From Chrysomallon squamiferum (lineage: Eukaryota > Animalia > Mollusca): a stretch of 64,000 nucleotides of DNA. The stretch is from positions 3,286,001 through 3,350,000 of the forward strand of contig CM022666.1 of NCBI GenBank assembly GCA_012295275.1. Direction: 5' to 3'. A model generated the notes under the pieces. That model saw nothing but the letters and a program-made list of their open reading frames with translations. It was not told the DNA's origin and searched no databases. The position numbers and the translations under genes were made by a program. Shown one piece after another: positions 1 to 14,952 of this stretch. The stretch's first letter is position 1. Each line of letters starts with the position of its first letter.

Positions 1-210
1 GTTATTAAGTCGTATTAACAAGCGATAGTATTTAGTTCGTAATAAGCGAAAAGCTGCTTTCGTTTTAGCTTGTTTGCATTGGAAAGCGAGTGATTTTGAA
101 TCAACATAACAGCGGAAAGTAAACAAGTAAATATATAAATTTAAAAAAAAAATAAATAATAAATAATAATAATAATAATACAAAAATTAAAAAATTAATA
201 AAAACAGATA

Positions 211-424
211 TCGTCACGGAAAGTTACGAAATCGACGATTAACCGAAAAACCGAAAAAGGAGTAATGAAATTGACACGATCACGGAAATTTACGAAATTT
301 AGAATAATGCTGAAAGTTACGAAATTGACAACGCCTCGAACATATGTCATCATTATAGAATTTTTACGAAATTTACATTATTACTGAACTTTACGAAACT
401 GAAGACACAATCAGAGTAACTAAA

Positions 425-457
<33 letters not shown>

Positions 458-650
458 TCAACACAGAAATTGACGTAATTTATACCAGTACTGACACGTT
501 ACGAAATCGACAACCTCTCCAAGTCGCGACTTAGAGTAACGAAATTGACAACAGCCGCCCGCAAAAAAAAAGAAAAGAAATTGACATCAATGAAACAGAC
601 AACACCTCGAAGAAGCGCAAAATCTCGCTAAGCGGCGAAATTGACGTGGA
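211..650. repeat. Degenerate short direct-repeat array, core TTACGAAATYGAC
   Basis: About ten variants, e.g. ttacgaaatcgac (224), tacgaaattt (291), ttacgaaattgacaac (317), ttacgaaatcgacaac (499), taacgaaattgacaac (537). Confidence 0.7.
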
Positions 651-1135
651 AATGTTTCACCTTGCTCATGAAATGTGATCGCTTCAGACAAAATAGCGCG
701 CGGACTAACGAGATAATTACTAAATCAAGTAACGTTAATTACCATGCAGCTAATTTTCTCTAACTCGAGCAATTTTAGCCCGACAACCAAAAACCGCTTG
801 GCTTGGTCTCCTCTTTCTTTGAGAAATGTAACCGTTTATAAAAAAAAAAAAAAAAAAAAAATTGTGCCAACGTCTTCGTTGTTTTAAAATAACACCACGT
901 CTTCTGACAAGTGTAAAATTGACGTTAGCTGTCGAGTGAGGGCTCTGGGATGTTCAGTCAATGTCACTGCGATGTTTTAATGCGTACGTGAAGCGTTAAT
1001 TAACATGTGTCAGAGCTTACCAAGCGATCGTTCTGAGGTGAATGAAACTTTTAAGGAGCGTGAAAATACGCTAACTCGAGTGCGTGTTTATTGATAATGA
1101 ACAGGTGAAAGTGATGTGTTTTTTTTGTGTGTGTT

Positions 1136-1166
<31 letters not shown>

Positions 1167-1275
1167 CAAAATGTTATTTGTACTAATGAATAAAATTAAA
1201 TTTAAAAAATCCGAAGTTTAAAACAGAACAAACCCCCCAAAATCAACAAAAAACTTTTCTTATTTTCTCCCATGT

Positions 1276-1315
1276 AATAATAATGATGATGATGATGATG
1301 ATTATGATGATGATG

Positions 1316-1369
<54 letters not shown>

Positions 1370-1376
1370 TTAATAA

Positions 1377-1452
<76 letters not shown>
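1276..1452. repeat. (GAT)n/(AAT)n microsatellite
   Basis: Direct reading. Similar AAT/TTA tracts at ~5405-5527, 8040-8120, 12965-13028, 14451-14533, 19555-19650, 42105-42165, 57205-57480 and 57790-58100. Confidence 0.95.
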
Positions 1453-1970
1453 TGTAGTAGTACTATTTTATTATAAAATTCTTTTCACCCTTTTTGACAA
1501 ATTTAATCTTTACTTTTATTTGGCTTTTTACTTCTTATTTATTTACAAACTTCACCTTACTAACTTACTAATTTTACTATTTCATATTAGAAATATTAGA
1601 CATATTAGACATATTAGAAATTTAAACATAGGAAATACATAAAGTATAAAACCATAGATACAGAGCTTTTGTTTTGTTTTGTTTTTTTAAAATAAGAATA
1701 AGTATTACATCAGATATATTTGACAGTAAACCTAAACTCGTATTTCAGTTATCAAGTTAGTCATCTATATTTATTTCAATTATTATCCGATTTATCTACG
1801 ATTATCGATGGGTTTATCTACGATTATTTCAACTATTATCCGATTTATCTTTCCACTCAACTAACTTTATGAGTTTCAGTGTGTGGAAAGGCGAAACTTG
1901 TTTCATGAAATCAGTAAAGGATGTTTTGAGGTTTTTTTCTCGAAGTTTTTCTAGAAAACGTTCGGAACAT

Positions 1971-2001
<31 letters not shown>

Positions 2002-3967
2002 TTTGTATATTTGTTGATTAATTTGTTTGTTTGTTTGTTTGTTTATTTTCTTGTTTGTTTAATTATTTATTTGTTCATTTGTTTGTTTGCTATTCATTTT
2101 TTTTTGATTTATTTATAATTTAATTATTAAAAATATATTTACAAACAAATTTATTAATTATAATATTACTATTTGTTCTTTACTTCTTTTTTTTGTTTGT
2201 TTTTATTCATTCATTCATTCATTTACTTATTTATTTATCTACTTGCTTGTTTGCAAATTTATTTATTTACTTACATATTTATTATTTATTTATTTACTCA
2301 CATATTTACTTATATATTTACTTTATATTTATTTATTTATTTATTTATTTACTTACTTATTTATTTACTCTTCTAACGACACAAATTGTAGATACGCTAA
2401 CAAACAAACACACACCAGCCCACCATTCCTTACTCTGGGAAACATTTTTATTATTATTATTAATAATTTTTTTTTTCTAAATTTTTTTTTGGTGTGTGTA
2501 ACGGCACATATTGCAAATATTATACCAATGTGGTAGGATTTTCGCATCAGAAGGCTGACGAGTTTTGCAGAATTGTCATATGCGGAAGACATCGAGCAAA
2601 TGTCTGGAACATCACTTTACACCGGCGTTCCCATTTGATAAACCCATCTGAGAAGACTAAGTTGTCGATTTTTCAAGCCGTTCTCACTTGAAACGACAAA
2701 TCCGTGTGAGGTCCCGTAACCCTTGCTCCCTTGTGGATGTAGGGCGGTCATTACCTCACCCCCAAAAAAAACCCCAAACACCACCCCAAACCCCACCCAA
2801 ACCAATCCCACTCGGGACTGGTAAAGTCGTTTGATAAATTTAAATTTAAAATTTAAAAAAAAAAAAAAAAAAAATTATTATAATTCAGAGAAACATTTTT
2901 TTTTTTTTTTTTTAAATACATTTTCTGTTTATTTTGTTTTATTTTATTTTATTTTATTTTGTTTTATTTTGACTTCAATACTACTTATCAAGCAGTGTCA
3001 CTGTTGGTTCAAGAAAACCCGATTAAAAACGAGGTTGATGCGATTAATCGATAATCATATTATCGCAAGTTGATTAAGTTTGAAATTTAGTGCTGTTTAA
3101 TGACATTTTGAAATTTTTCGAGAACGCTAACATGTACAATATTGAGAATAATAATAATAATCACATTAACATATCATCATCAACAACATCACGTAATTAT
3201 TGTTATTCTTACTATAATTAGTAGTGGTAATGATTGTATTTGCAGCACTAGTAGTAGCAGTAGCAGCAGAAATAGACGTTGTTGTTTTAGTAATAATAGT
3301 TGTTGTAGTAGTAGTAGTAGTGCTTATATTATTCAGGAAAGGCAAGGTTATCAAGTTTAATTCCTATGATTAGCAACAAATCTCGATTAACTCCGATTAA
3401 CTCGGATGAACTCGGAATTATACTATTCTGGGAAAAAGATTAAGTCACAATCCAAACATACACACACACACGTTTATACACACATACTAACCCACATATA
3501 GTAACAAAATTAAAATAATTTACATAGACACAAACCAACAACATACACACACACACACACATATAAAGACATTCAGTCAGACAGAAACGCAAACAGAGAG
3601 ATACGCACGTACGTACGTACGTACGCACAAGATCCTCGTTAAAGTTCCGCTGACGAAGAGTTCCACGTCGGAGTAGACTTAACCCGCATTCTTCGTACAA
3701 GCTGGTTAAACGTTAAGACGACATGTACCTCTTCAACCGTGTCTGCTTCGCAAATCCATTTCCCGGGTCACCCGTACATGTCACACAAAAAAAAAAAAAC
3801 TGTGTAAACCTTCTCGTTTTTACTCCTGTTTCTCTCTCTCACACAAACATAACACACACACACACATACATACATCTATGACACTTAAACACATGCATCC
3901 AACCCTTTGTTATTCCGACCGACTGTCTGTTTGTCTGTAATTATCTGTCTGTGTACTTATCTGTCTG

Positions 3968-4136
<169 letters not shown>

Positions 4137-4291
4137 AAATCTATCTATCTATCTATCAGTCTGTTTCTCTCTCTGTCAGTCTCTCTGTCCCTGATTCTTT
4201 CAGTATCTCTACATCCACTAACCTTTATCAAACACTTTCTCCCTTTTTCCTCTTTCTTTCTTTTACTCGCACCTTTTTAAACAATGTTAAT

Positions 4292-4330
<39 letters not shown>

Positions 4331-4393
4331 TAACTGACGTTCTCTCAAGTCACCACGGAGACCCTACGCCATCATCAACAACAACAACAGCCA

Positions 4394-4425
<32 letters not shown>

Positions 4426-4541
4426 AGAAGACGAAGCAAAAACCAAAACCATCCCACAAACTATCCTTTCCTTACTGGAACATTTTTTTTTTTTTTTTTT
4501 TTAGTTTACTTGTTCCGATTCAACAGAACTGACTTTCAAGC

Positions 4542-4589
<48 letters not shown>

Positions 4590-5403
4590 CGCTCGGTGTG
4601 TTTTCTGTATTACCCAGTATCTCTAAACGCGTTTCCCGTATGTAGAAGTCACCGGCTCGTTGCTCGCAGTGTTAATGTGGAAATATCGTTCTCTAAGTGT
4701 TATGGAATCGCTTATCGAGAGAAGCCGCTTTTCGCTAAACTGTTTCACGTGGTTCGCGATGTTTGTGAAAACTTAGAATACACGGCTGAAAGAAGGACGC
4801 GATACGCGATTTCACTGTGTGTGTACAGTACTCACTGTGGGAATTTTCTTTATAGTGTTTGTTAGAGTGTGTGTGTGTCTGTTAGTGTGTTATGTGTGAA
4901 TGTATGTGAGTATCTGCGTGTGTGTCTGTATGTATGTTATATGTGTGTCTGTAAGTAATGTTATGTGTTTGTCTGTAAGTAATGTTATGTGTGTGTCTGT
5001 AAGTATGTTATGTGTGTGTGTGTCTGTAAGTAATGTTATGTGTTTGTCTATTAGCATATTAATGTATGTGTGTGTCTGTAAGTATATATGTATCTGTGTA
5101 TATTGTTTGTGTGTATCGGATAGTAAAGTGTGTGTCTATTACACATGTTAGGTGTACAAGAAATAATAAATAATAAAGTTTTACAGGTTTAAGTAGAAAG
5201 TAAACATAAAAAAGACAATATGGAATATGTTTTAAATTGTCCTAGTATCTATCTAAATTTCACTTTTCCACATCACAAAAAAATTAATAGTTAAAAACTT
5301 TCTTGTTAAAAAATAATAAAAGTCGCATGCATCTATGTCACAGTTATTTTAATTAAATAATTTAGTTTTAATTTTCATTTCTTAAGAAAATAAAAATAAT
5401 GTA

Positions 5404-5456
<53 letters not shown>

Positions 5457-5475
5457 TAATAATAACAATAATAAA

Positions 5476-5529
<54 letters not shown>

Positions 5530-6314
5530 CAGTTAGTTACTTCAACATTATAAAATATATTCTTTCTCTCTGTATATATATCCACAAGATATTTAAATAC
5601 ACTTGGAGTATAGTTTCACTATAAAAAAAACCCACAAAAAACAACAAAGGTCTCAATGCCACGACAAACATGCTTGACAATTGTATCGATTTTGTGATCA
5701 GTAGTTTAACTGGTGTTAATTTCTCACTGACATAGAAAGTGTAGTAGTAATAAATTGTTAATGTCTTATATCCATTTTACGCGATAAAACATAGTGATAT
5801 ATCGAGTGTAAAATAAAAAAAAAAAATAAAAAAAAAAATATTAAAAAATAAATAAACAAATAATAATATAGAATAAAGATATAAAAAAAAGAAACAAGTT
5901 TAAAAATTTAAATAAATAAAATAATAAATAAATAAAAATTTAAATAAATAAAGAATAAAAATAATATAAAAAATAAATAAATAATAAAATAAAGATAAAG
6001 AAACATGTTTAGAAAATTTAAAATAAATAAAAATAATAAAAAGACATGAATTAAAAAATGAAATAAAATCAAGATTTAAAAAAAAAAAAATAATAATAAC
6101 AAAAAATAAGTAAAATAATACAGAACATTTAAAATAAATAAATAAATAATAATTAAAGACAGTTGCTAGTTTAAGACGGATGATTAACTGTTGTTGTCTC
6201 TGTTTTCTTTGCTGTGCTAAGTTTTATTGTTAAAGATTATGGGGTTGTGTTTTTATGTTGTGACTGGGTTTTTTTACGTAATTTTATATCTGCGTTTTTC
6301 AAATGCTGAAATCG

Positions 6315-6349
<35 letters not shown>

Positions 6350-7019
6350 TGTCAGTGTGTGTGTGATTGTGCCTCTGTGCGTATACATTGTTAATATAAC
6401 TTTATGTATTTTTATATGTGTGTGTGTATCAGTATAAGTGTGTCTTTATATTTATATATATATATATAACTACCTGAGTTTATTTATGTCTTTGAATATT
6501 GTAAATCTGTTTAGACAATTTTTTCTTTTTAATTCTTGTTTTTTTTCTTTAAATGTTTATTCCATTATATCTATATATATATATATATATCTTTTGTATG
6601 TTTTAAAAATAATCATTTTCATAATACTTTCTTATAAGCGAGAATTCTGCTACTGATAATTTTACCTGAGGCGATCATTTCATTTTTGTTTACATTTATC
6701 TACGAAACACAAGTGTCCGACCGTCCATATCATAATTTAATTTCACAAGGTTTAAGCTGTTGCAGGAGATAATCACAAATTTTCGAGAGTTTACTAGACA
6801 CACGAGTGTGTCACAATGGTGAACGTATTATAAAACTCGTTCAAACAAGATTAGCGAATGATAAAATAAATATCACTTACCTTAGTTAATCTAAGATATT
6901 CAGGTAAAAATGCAGACAAGTGCATGCAAATAGATAAATTCAGGAAAATAACTAATGGAGAATTTCTATTTTTTTTTTTTTTTTTTTACCTTTAGATGTT
7001 GTGGTTGGGATGAATGTAT

Positions 7020-7070
<51 letters not shown>

Positions 7071-7096
7071 TATATTTATTTTTTTTTTTGTTTTCC

Positions 7097-7145
<49 letters not shown>

Positions 7146-8059
7146 TTATTATTACTGAAATATAAATTAGATTCAAATAGGAACAGGTAAATGTTAATAA
7201 GCAGAGAATTTTTTTTTTAATTCTTAATTTGTTTTCTTCTTGTTTTTTTTTTTTTATATATATATATATTTGTTTCAGAAAAATTAAAATATAAAATAAA
7301 ATATTAAATATAACATATACAAAAAGAATACAGGAGAGATCAGATAAATGTTGATAAAAAGCAATACATTACATTTATTTTATTTTAAAAAAATGATAAA
7401 TAAAATTTGTTTATTTATTTTATCTCTAAAAATAATGGGGTTTTTGTTTGTTGAAATATTTATTAATTTACATCCTCTAAATATTTTTTTTTCATTCTAA
7501 AATTCTAAAGCATAATAAATAAAAAAAGTATATATATTTCAGGTGAGGTATAGACTAGTAATTAAGCTTTTTCAAATTTCATTTTATAACTTGTTTATTA
7601 AACTATTTCGCTTTCGATTTTTAAATTATAATCATTTCAAAGAAAAAAAAATTATAATTGAAAGCTCTTATCATATTTAAATGATGGTATATAATTAAAA
7701 ATAAAATTTATTATTGAAAAGTATTAAACGGTAAGAGAAAAATTTGTAAAAATCATCTTCATCAGACCTTTAATGCAAATATTGTTTAGAAACTTATATT
7801 TCTATATTTTAAAAATAAAATTATAATAATAACAATTTTATTTTCTGCTTTGTATTATTTCTTCATATTTATGGTTTAAAACTGCTTGAAACATTAAACT
7901 TATACTTAATTATTTATTTGTTTGTTTTTTATTATTATTATTATTATTATTATAACGTATTATTATTATCATCATCATCATCATTATTATTACTATTAAT
8001 ATTATTATTACTGGAAATGAATATTAATCTAAATTTTGTTATAATAATAATAACAATAG

Positions 8060-8125
<66 letters not shown>

Positions 8126-9524
8126 CAGTAATATCAAAATGATATGAAGTATAGTATAGTAAAATAAATAAATGAGAAATAACACAAACTAATGCAAAGA
8201 AAAAACTCAACCCACCCAAACCTCCCCCTAAATAATATTTAAATAAAGAACAAAATACAATAAAATGAATCAAAAAAAAAAAAAAAAATTATTAACAAAA
8301 ATAATACCGGTATTAATTTCGCTGATAAAAAAAAACAAACTAACAGAACGAAAATAAAAATGTGCTGTTACATAATTAAAATATATCACAGTTCTGTATA
8401 TTTCACAGGTGTCATTTGCAGAGTCAAGAGCTCGGAAAATAACCCGCGGGATAGTGCGTGCAACAAGGTATTGCACATTACTGATTAAATATTCATGAAA
8501 TGCATTAAGCAAAATTAGATGTCTCATTTCCAGTTGAAAATGTTAAAAATATTTTATGTTTTTTTGTTGTTGTTGTTTTGGGTTTTTTTTCTTTTTAAAA
8601 AGAAGAAGAAGAAAAAAAAAAAAAGAAATACAGAGAAAGTCTTTATTTTGAAATTTGAGCTGATGACCTTTTTGTGTCATAAATATTTGTAAAACTTTTA
8701 ATTTATTTATGAATTTAAATAAGAAAAAAGGCTTTCAAAAGAAATGCAAATTTCAGTTTGTTTTCTTGCCTTTTCATGTATGAATATGTATGTGTATATA
8801 TGTGTAAACATTATACAAAGACACACACATGCACAAACACACACACACACACAAACCTAAACATTATCCAGAGACCCACACACAAAAACACACAAACACA
8901 CACGCACAGTTACACGTACTCTATCTAAACTATCGAAAAAAAAAAAAACCCCACCAGTTTAAAACATTTCCTCAACTATTATTTACTTTTTCACTATTCT
9001 TTTGTTTCTTTTCTTCTTCTTTTTTTAAAATTAATGTTCTTGTTGATATAACATTTCCTGTTTTTATTTATTTATTTATTTATTTTATTTATTTATTTTA
9101 TTTATTTTTATTTTTATTTTTTTTTTAACTTTCTTATCTTTTTAAGTACATAAGCGGCAGAATACAAGATATTTATGCAGCAAAAGGGGAGGGTGAGGTC
9201 AAAGCAAGCCGACATTTTGAATCAAGGCTTTACTGAGATACGGCAGAGGTGAAGGTTATTAGGTGTCAAAATTATTACACACATCACAGTCTACATGAAA
9301 AATACCTTAGTGTTAGGTTTTCATATTTATTTTCAAAAATTTGTTTTTGAGTTAAATATTTTAATATGTGTCAAAATTGTTTGAGTAAAATGTATGGCAA
9401 ATCATATTCCTGACTTTAGTTGGTTTAATATAATTTTTGTGTCTAGTTGACGGTGTTAGATGATAAAGTTTAAAAATGAGGAGAATTTTTTGTTTCTCTT
9501 TTTAAATCCTCTTATGTGTGTATG

Positions 9525-9555
<31 letters not shown>

Positions 9556-12125
9556 TTATGTATGTATGTATGTATTAATGTATGTATGTTTGTATTTATG
9601 TATGTATGTATGTATGTATGCATCTACGTATGTATGTATGTATTTATAATAATAATAATATATGATAATGATGATGATAATAATGATAAAATGATGATGA
9701 CGATGATGATGATGATAATAATAATAATAATAATAACATCGAACGAAAAATATATCCTCTTTGGGCTGTTTTTAAATTAAAAATCTTATAATTATTTTAG
9801 TTTAATATTAAAACGTAATAATAGAAATAAATCATTTTAAATTTAAAACAGAAACAAAAAAAAATAATAACTGCATCTATTTAATAAATAAATGAATAAA
9901 CAAATAAACAAATAAATAAATAAATAAATAAATAAATATTACAGGTAACAAATATATCTTATTTTTTTTGATTTAAAAAGATTAAAAATAAAGACAAATA
10001 AATAAGTTACACCATCAATGTGAACATCTGTTACATTTTGTAATAAATTTCAACAATAACAAATTTCGTGAAACCAAATTCCATTGTCTATTTTTTTGTT
10101 CCTTTTGTAACGTGTTCGTATTGCTTTCAAGCAACAGAACGGCAAAGAAACAAAAGCAAAACTCATATATTAAATATTAGACGGAAACTATAATTTTCCT
10201 GATGTTAACCAAGAAATGAAAAATCGGTTTTACAACTATAAAAAAATAAAAATAAAAAAAAAAATAAAATAAAATAATTAAAAAGGAATAAATTAAATAA
10301 CGAGGATAGCAATAATGACGATAAATAAATAAACAAACAAACATTTAAATAAATAAATAAATAAATAAATATAAAATAAATAAATATAAATAAATAAATA
10401 AACAAACAAACAAATAAATAAAATAAAATAAATAAAATAAATAAATAAATAAATATAAAATAAATAAAAACAAATAAATGCCATTATTATTACTGTAAAC
10501 ATCATCATCATCATCATCATCATCATCATTCTATTTCTAAATGCGTGTCTACGTTCGTAATTATAAATACATGATATTTTTCTATCTCGCTCTCCTTTTT
10601 TCTTTCTCACCGCCATCGACATTAAACTCTCCTCATTATCTCTCTCTCTCGCTCTCTCTCTCCTTTTCTCTCCCTTTCTTTCTAAACAAGATATCTTATT
10701 TTCTTTAGCTAAATCCGTAAAAGATTTTTAAAAATCTGCCATGCCAAGCTGCTCACGATGGTTATTTCAAAACCAGGAAATTGCTCGTGAACTCGGCGCG
10801 CTATTGAATTTCGACTCGTTGTCAGTTTTCGCTCGGAGAAGCGATGGAATTATACGATAAAACTGAAAAATTATATTATCCGAACGTTCCTCGACAACTC
10901 GAACTGGCCTCGCTTAATTCGTAGCTAAATCTCTATTTATATATTTATATATATATATACACACACACACACATATATATATATATATGTATGTAGGCCA
11001 CGACGTATTATTCAGTTTTCATCGTATTTTTCCCTACATTTTTTTTTATTATTATTATTATTTTTTTTTAAATTATTGTTTTTTAAAATTTATGTTGGTT
11101 TTAAGAGGCATCTTTTTTTTTTCTTTTTTTTTTTTTCTTCTAATTCTCTTTCTTAACTTTTTTTTTTTTTTTTTTAAAACTATAGAGTTTCCTAAACAAC
11201 TTCAAGTAGGATAAGAAGAGATTAAAACAAAGATGGAATGTGTATGTTGTCGTTTTTTACATACTGTTTTTTTTTTCTTTTTTTCTACTGCTACCACTGC
11301 CGCTATTACTACTACTATTTCTTCTACTGCTGCTACAACAACAACAACTGCTGCTACTACTGATATTACTACTACTACTACTAGTACTACTACTACTTCA
11401 ACAGCTATTAAATTAACGCTAAGACTACTATTAATAAATATTACTGCTATTAATAATACCATTACAAGTTTTTCTTCTACTACTACTACTACTACTATGT
11501 CAAACCCCAAAGTACTGTAACAACCCACAAAAAGAAGAAGAAGAAGAAGAAGAAAAAAAACATACACTTGTCTATTTTTCATTAAAGTATCGAATTTCGT
11601 CCGCGTTGAAATAAACTATCTTAATTTATTATTCTAAGTCTTCTGCTTTTGCTATTGCTAGAAACATTTCGGGTGCAAATGAGAAGTTAAATAGGCTCGA
11701 CAAACGTTTAAAAATATATCCCATTGTAATTCTATCCCCCTCAAGCGTCTGACAGAGAGGGGAAAGAGAAGAAGAAGAAGAAGAAACAGAAGAAAAAGAA
11801 GAAGAAGAAGAAGAAGAAAAAAAGTAAGTAAAAATGATGACGATGACAAGATTATAGATCAAAACGCAATTAACAGTTGAGAAATATCCTGTAACATGGA
11901 GGGGTTGGGGGGAGTTTAGTATTTCTTCGGGTTTCTTTTTTGTTTTTTGTTTTTAAATATTTTTATATTATCTTATTTATATATTTATTTATAGTATTTA
12001 TTTATTTATTTATTTTTATTTTTTTTTTTAGTATTTATATATTTATTTATTATTTTTTGTTGATAAAGTTAAAGACATCTTTGTTCTGTTTTTGTAATGA
12101 AGAAATTATGTGTAATATATATATA

Positions 12126-12165
<40 letters not shown>

Positions 12166-12167
12166 TC

Positions 12168-12231
<64 letters not shown>

Positions 12232-12968
12232 ATACATATATGATAAAATGCGACAGGATCAATGTTGATAGTATAAAAAACATTTGTGAGAAGTCTTTTT
12301 AAATGATGATATAAAGTAAAATATATATGCATTATTATTATTATTATTATTATTATGAAATAAATACTGATAAACAGTTGACAATAAGCTTTAAAATGTT
12401 TTAAATAATATTAAAAAATAATTAAACATTCTAATTTCCATTTAGATGTTGATAAAAAGATACTGATATGAAAAAAAAAAAAAAAATCTATTGATGTGTT
12501 TAAATGTTGACAGAAATTAAACTAAACATTTCATAGGGAATTATCTATTTAAAAGTTGATCAAATATAAAATACTACCAGTTTTAGATAGACCTTTAACT
12601 GAAATTATGAAATATATAACATATAAGATGTGGACAGATTTTTAATTAAAGTTATGTTCAGAATTATCTGCTTAAATATTTTACTAGTGTTCCGTTTAAA
12701 TATTGAAGGAAAAAAAAAGAGAGGGATGATTTTAGTTTCAGATTTAAAATATTTTGATAAAGAAAAACGCAATATACTGCAAAATGTCTATTTAAATAAC
12801 AATCAGAAAACGCAGACTATTCTGGTTTTCTATTCAAAATTAGGTCAATGAAATAAAATCCTAGACCTGTTGAAATTTATATTTAAATACCGAAGACAAT
12901 AAACACAACATTTTGCTAACTGAATATTAAAGTAAAACTACACAATAACGTTAGGTCAGTATATAATA

Positions 12969-13030
<62 letters not shown>

Positions 13031-13704
13031 AATTGCCCAGTGAATACTGATAAATAAATAAAAAATAGTTTGCGAGAAAAAAAAAATTGCTGTTAAATAA
13101 ATTATAAAATCTAGCGAGGTTAATTTTGATGAACAAAATGCAAAATATGGCGACGTTAAAGTTTAAATAATGATAAAAGAAAATGATAATATCAACAGAA
13201 ATTTCTCTAAGACATAATGACATGTGTTCGCTTCGGTTTCCATGTAGGAAATTTCAGCTATTTCACGGCTTTTGGCAAACAAAGTTACGGTTAGGTAAGA
13301 GGTGTTGACATTTCGAGTTTCTATCGTGTTTTAGCGAGTAGGTTCTTGTTTATTTACCTTCAGTAATTTATATTTATTTATTTATTTATTTATTTTATTT
13401 ATTTATTTTATATTTATTATATGATTGTCTATACAATATTTGGTTTGTTTATTTATTAAAACTGTACTTATTTATTTACCATATTTTTTATTTGTTTTAT
13501 TAAATATATATATTTATTAAAACAATATCCACGTGTTTGTTTATTTGTTTTTTTTTTTATTCAGTGTTATGTAATTTGCTTGTTATTTACATTTTTGTTG
13601 ATACATTTTCTTTATACATTTATATACCTGAATATTCATTGTTTATATTTATTTTGTTTGTTGTTACTTACATCGATAGCTGTTTAGCTGTTTATTGTTT
13701 CTCT

Positions 13705-13755
<51 letters not shown>

Positions 13756-14448
13756 TATTTACATGTTCATATTAATTAACATATGATGTTCATGTTGCAC
13801 ATTATTTTAAAGTTAATTATATTTCTGTTATTACTTTCAATATGTCTAAAGAACATAGATGTGCATTTCTGTTAATATACATAATTATTATTGTTGTTTT
13901 CATCAATACGTTATTACTGTTGTTATTATATTTGTTATTTTTATAAAAGTAAAAAATAAAACTTTGTAAAATTGTCATTTTCGTGATATTATTTTTCTAA
14001 CAACACTATCACAAAAATTAACACATTAAACTGTAAAATATAACTAAATAATAAATAAAGAGAAGTAAACTCAATTATTTACTTTTGAAAGAAACTTGTA
14101 ACTAAATAAAGTGAACCAGGAAAATTGTTTTATGTATTTTTTAAATTTTTTGTTTGTTTGTTTTGTTTATAGCTAAATAAATATAAAATTCTCTATGACA
14201 TTGTACACTTTAAACACTTTTTTGTTTGTTGTTTTGTATACATTGTTCTATTAAACTATAACGTACTTAAATTTAAATTAATAATACATATGAAAATGTT
14301 ATAAATGGCATATCCTAAATTTAATTTAAACATAATGTTTATATAGAAATATATTTAATTAAATTATATTTACTTATTATAAAACTGTTGTTGTTTTTGT
14401 TCTATTATTACTGTAGCAGTAGTAATTGTTGTTATCATTATATATCAA

Positions 14449-14538
<90 letters not shown>

Positions 14539-14952
14539 ATTTATTTATTTATTCAACCACGCTCTTTCAGTTATTAAAATTATCTTTAACACTGTGATAT
14601 TTTGTTCTAAATTTAAATCAGTATTTACGATTGCAAAAAATATAAATACACATACTTTTTCACGTAAAAGAAAACTGAGGGATATAAAAAAAAAAAAATA
14701 ATAATAATATATATAAAAAAAAAACACGCAATGATATAAACTGGAGAAAGAAACCCAGATACGTCAATAAACAGTAATCTTACATAAACATACGATAATA
14801 AGCAATAACGAGATAAAACAAATAAATACCAAGAGAGTAAGTAAAATAAATGTCAAAAAAAAAAAAAAAAAAAAAAGTGAGTAGTAATAATAATAATAAT
14901 AATAATAAAAAGTGAATAACAGACAATCAAACAAACAAATAAAAAAACAAAC

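Noticed and set aside
211-650. CRISPR-like repeat-spacer appearance (also at 21908-22076 and 60872-60945)
   Set aside because: Repeats are short and degenerate, spacers are irregular or themselves repetitive, there are no cas genes, and the context is eukaryotic.
1771-1850. 27-bp direct repeat ttatttcaa(t/c)tattatccgatttatct; likewise the 9-bp catattaga x4 (~1583-1620), ~22-bp units at 4945-5050 and the 60-bp period at 57280-57380
   Set aside because: Real but ordinary local slippage duplications with no sign of function.
2424-2450. Similarity of ttccttactctgggaaacattttt to ttccttactggaacattttt at ~4468
   Set aside because: Too short and gapped to distinguish from chance in AT-rich DNA.
2480-2830. 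GC-richer patch considered as Zic exon 2
   Set aside because: No EKPF/DRKKH/HPSSLRKH peptide recognised on the minus strand; the same holds for 3600-3830, 4590-4860 and 10720-10930.
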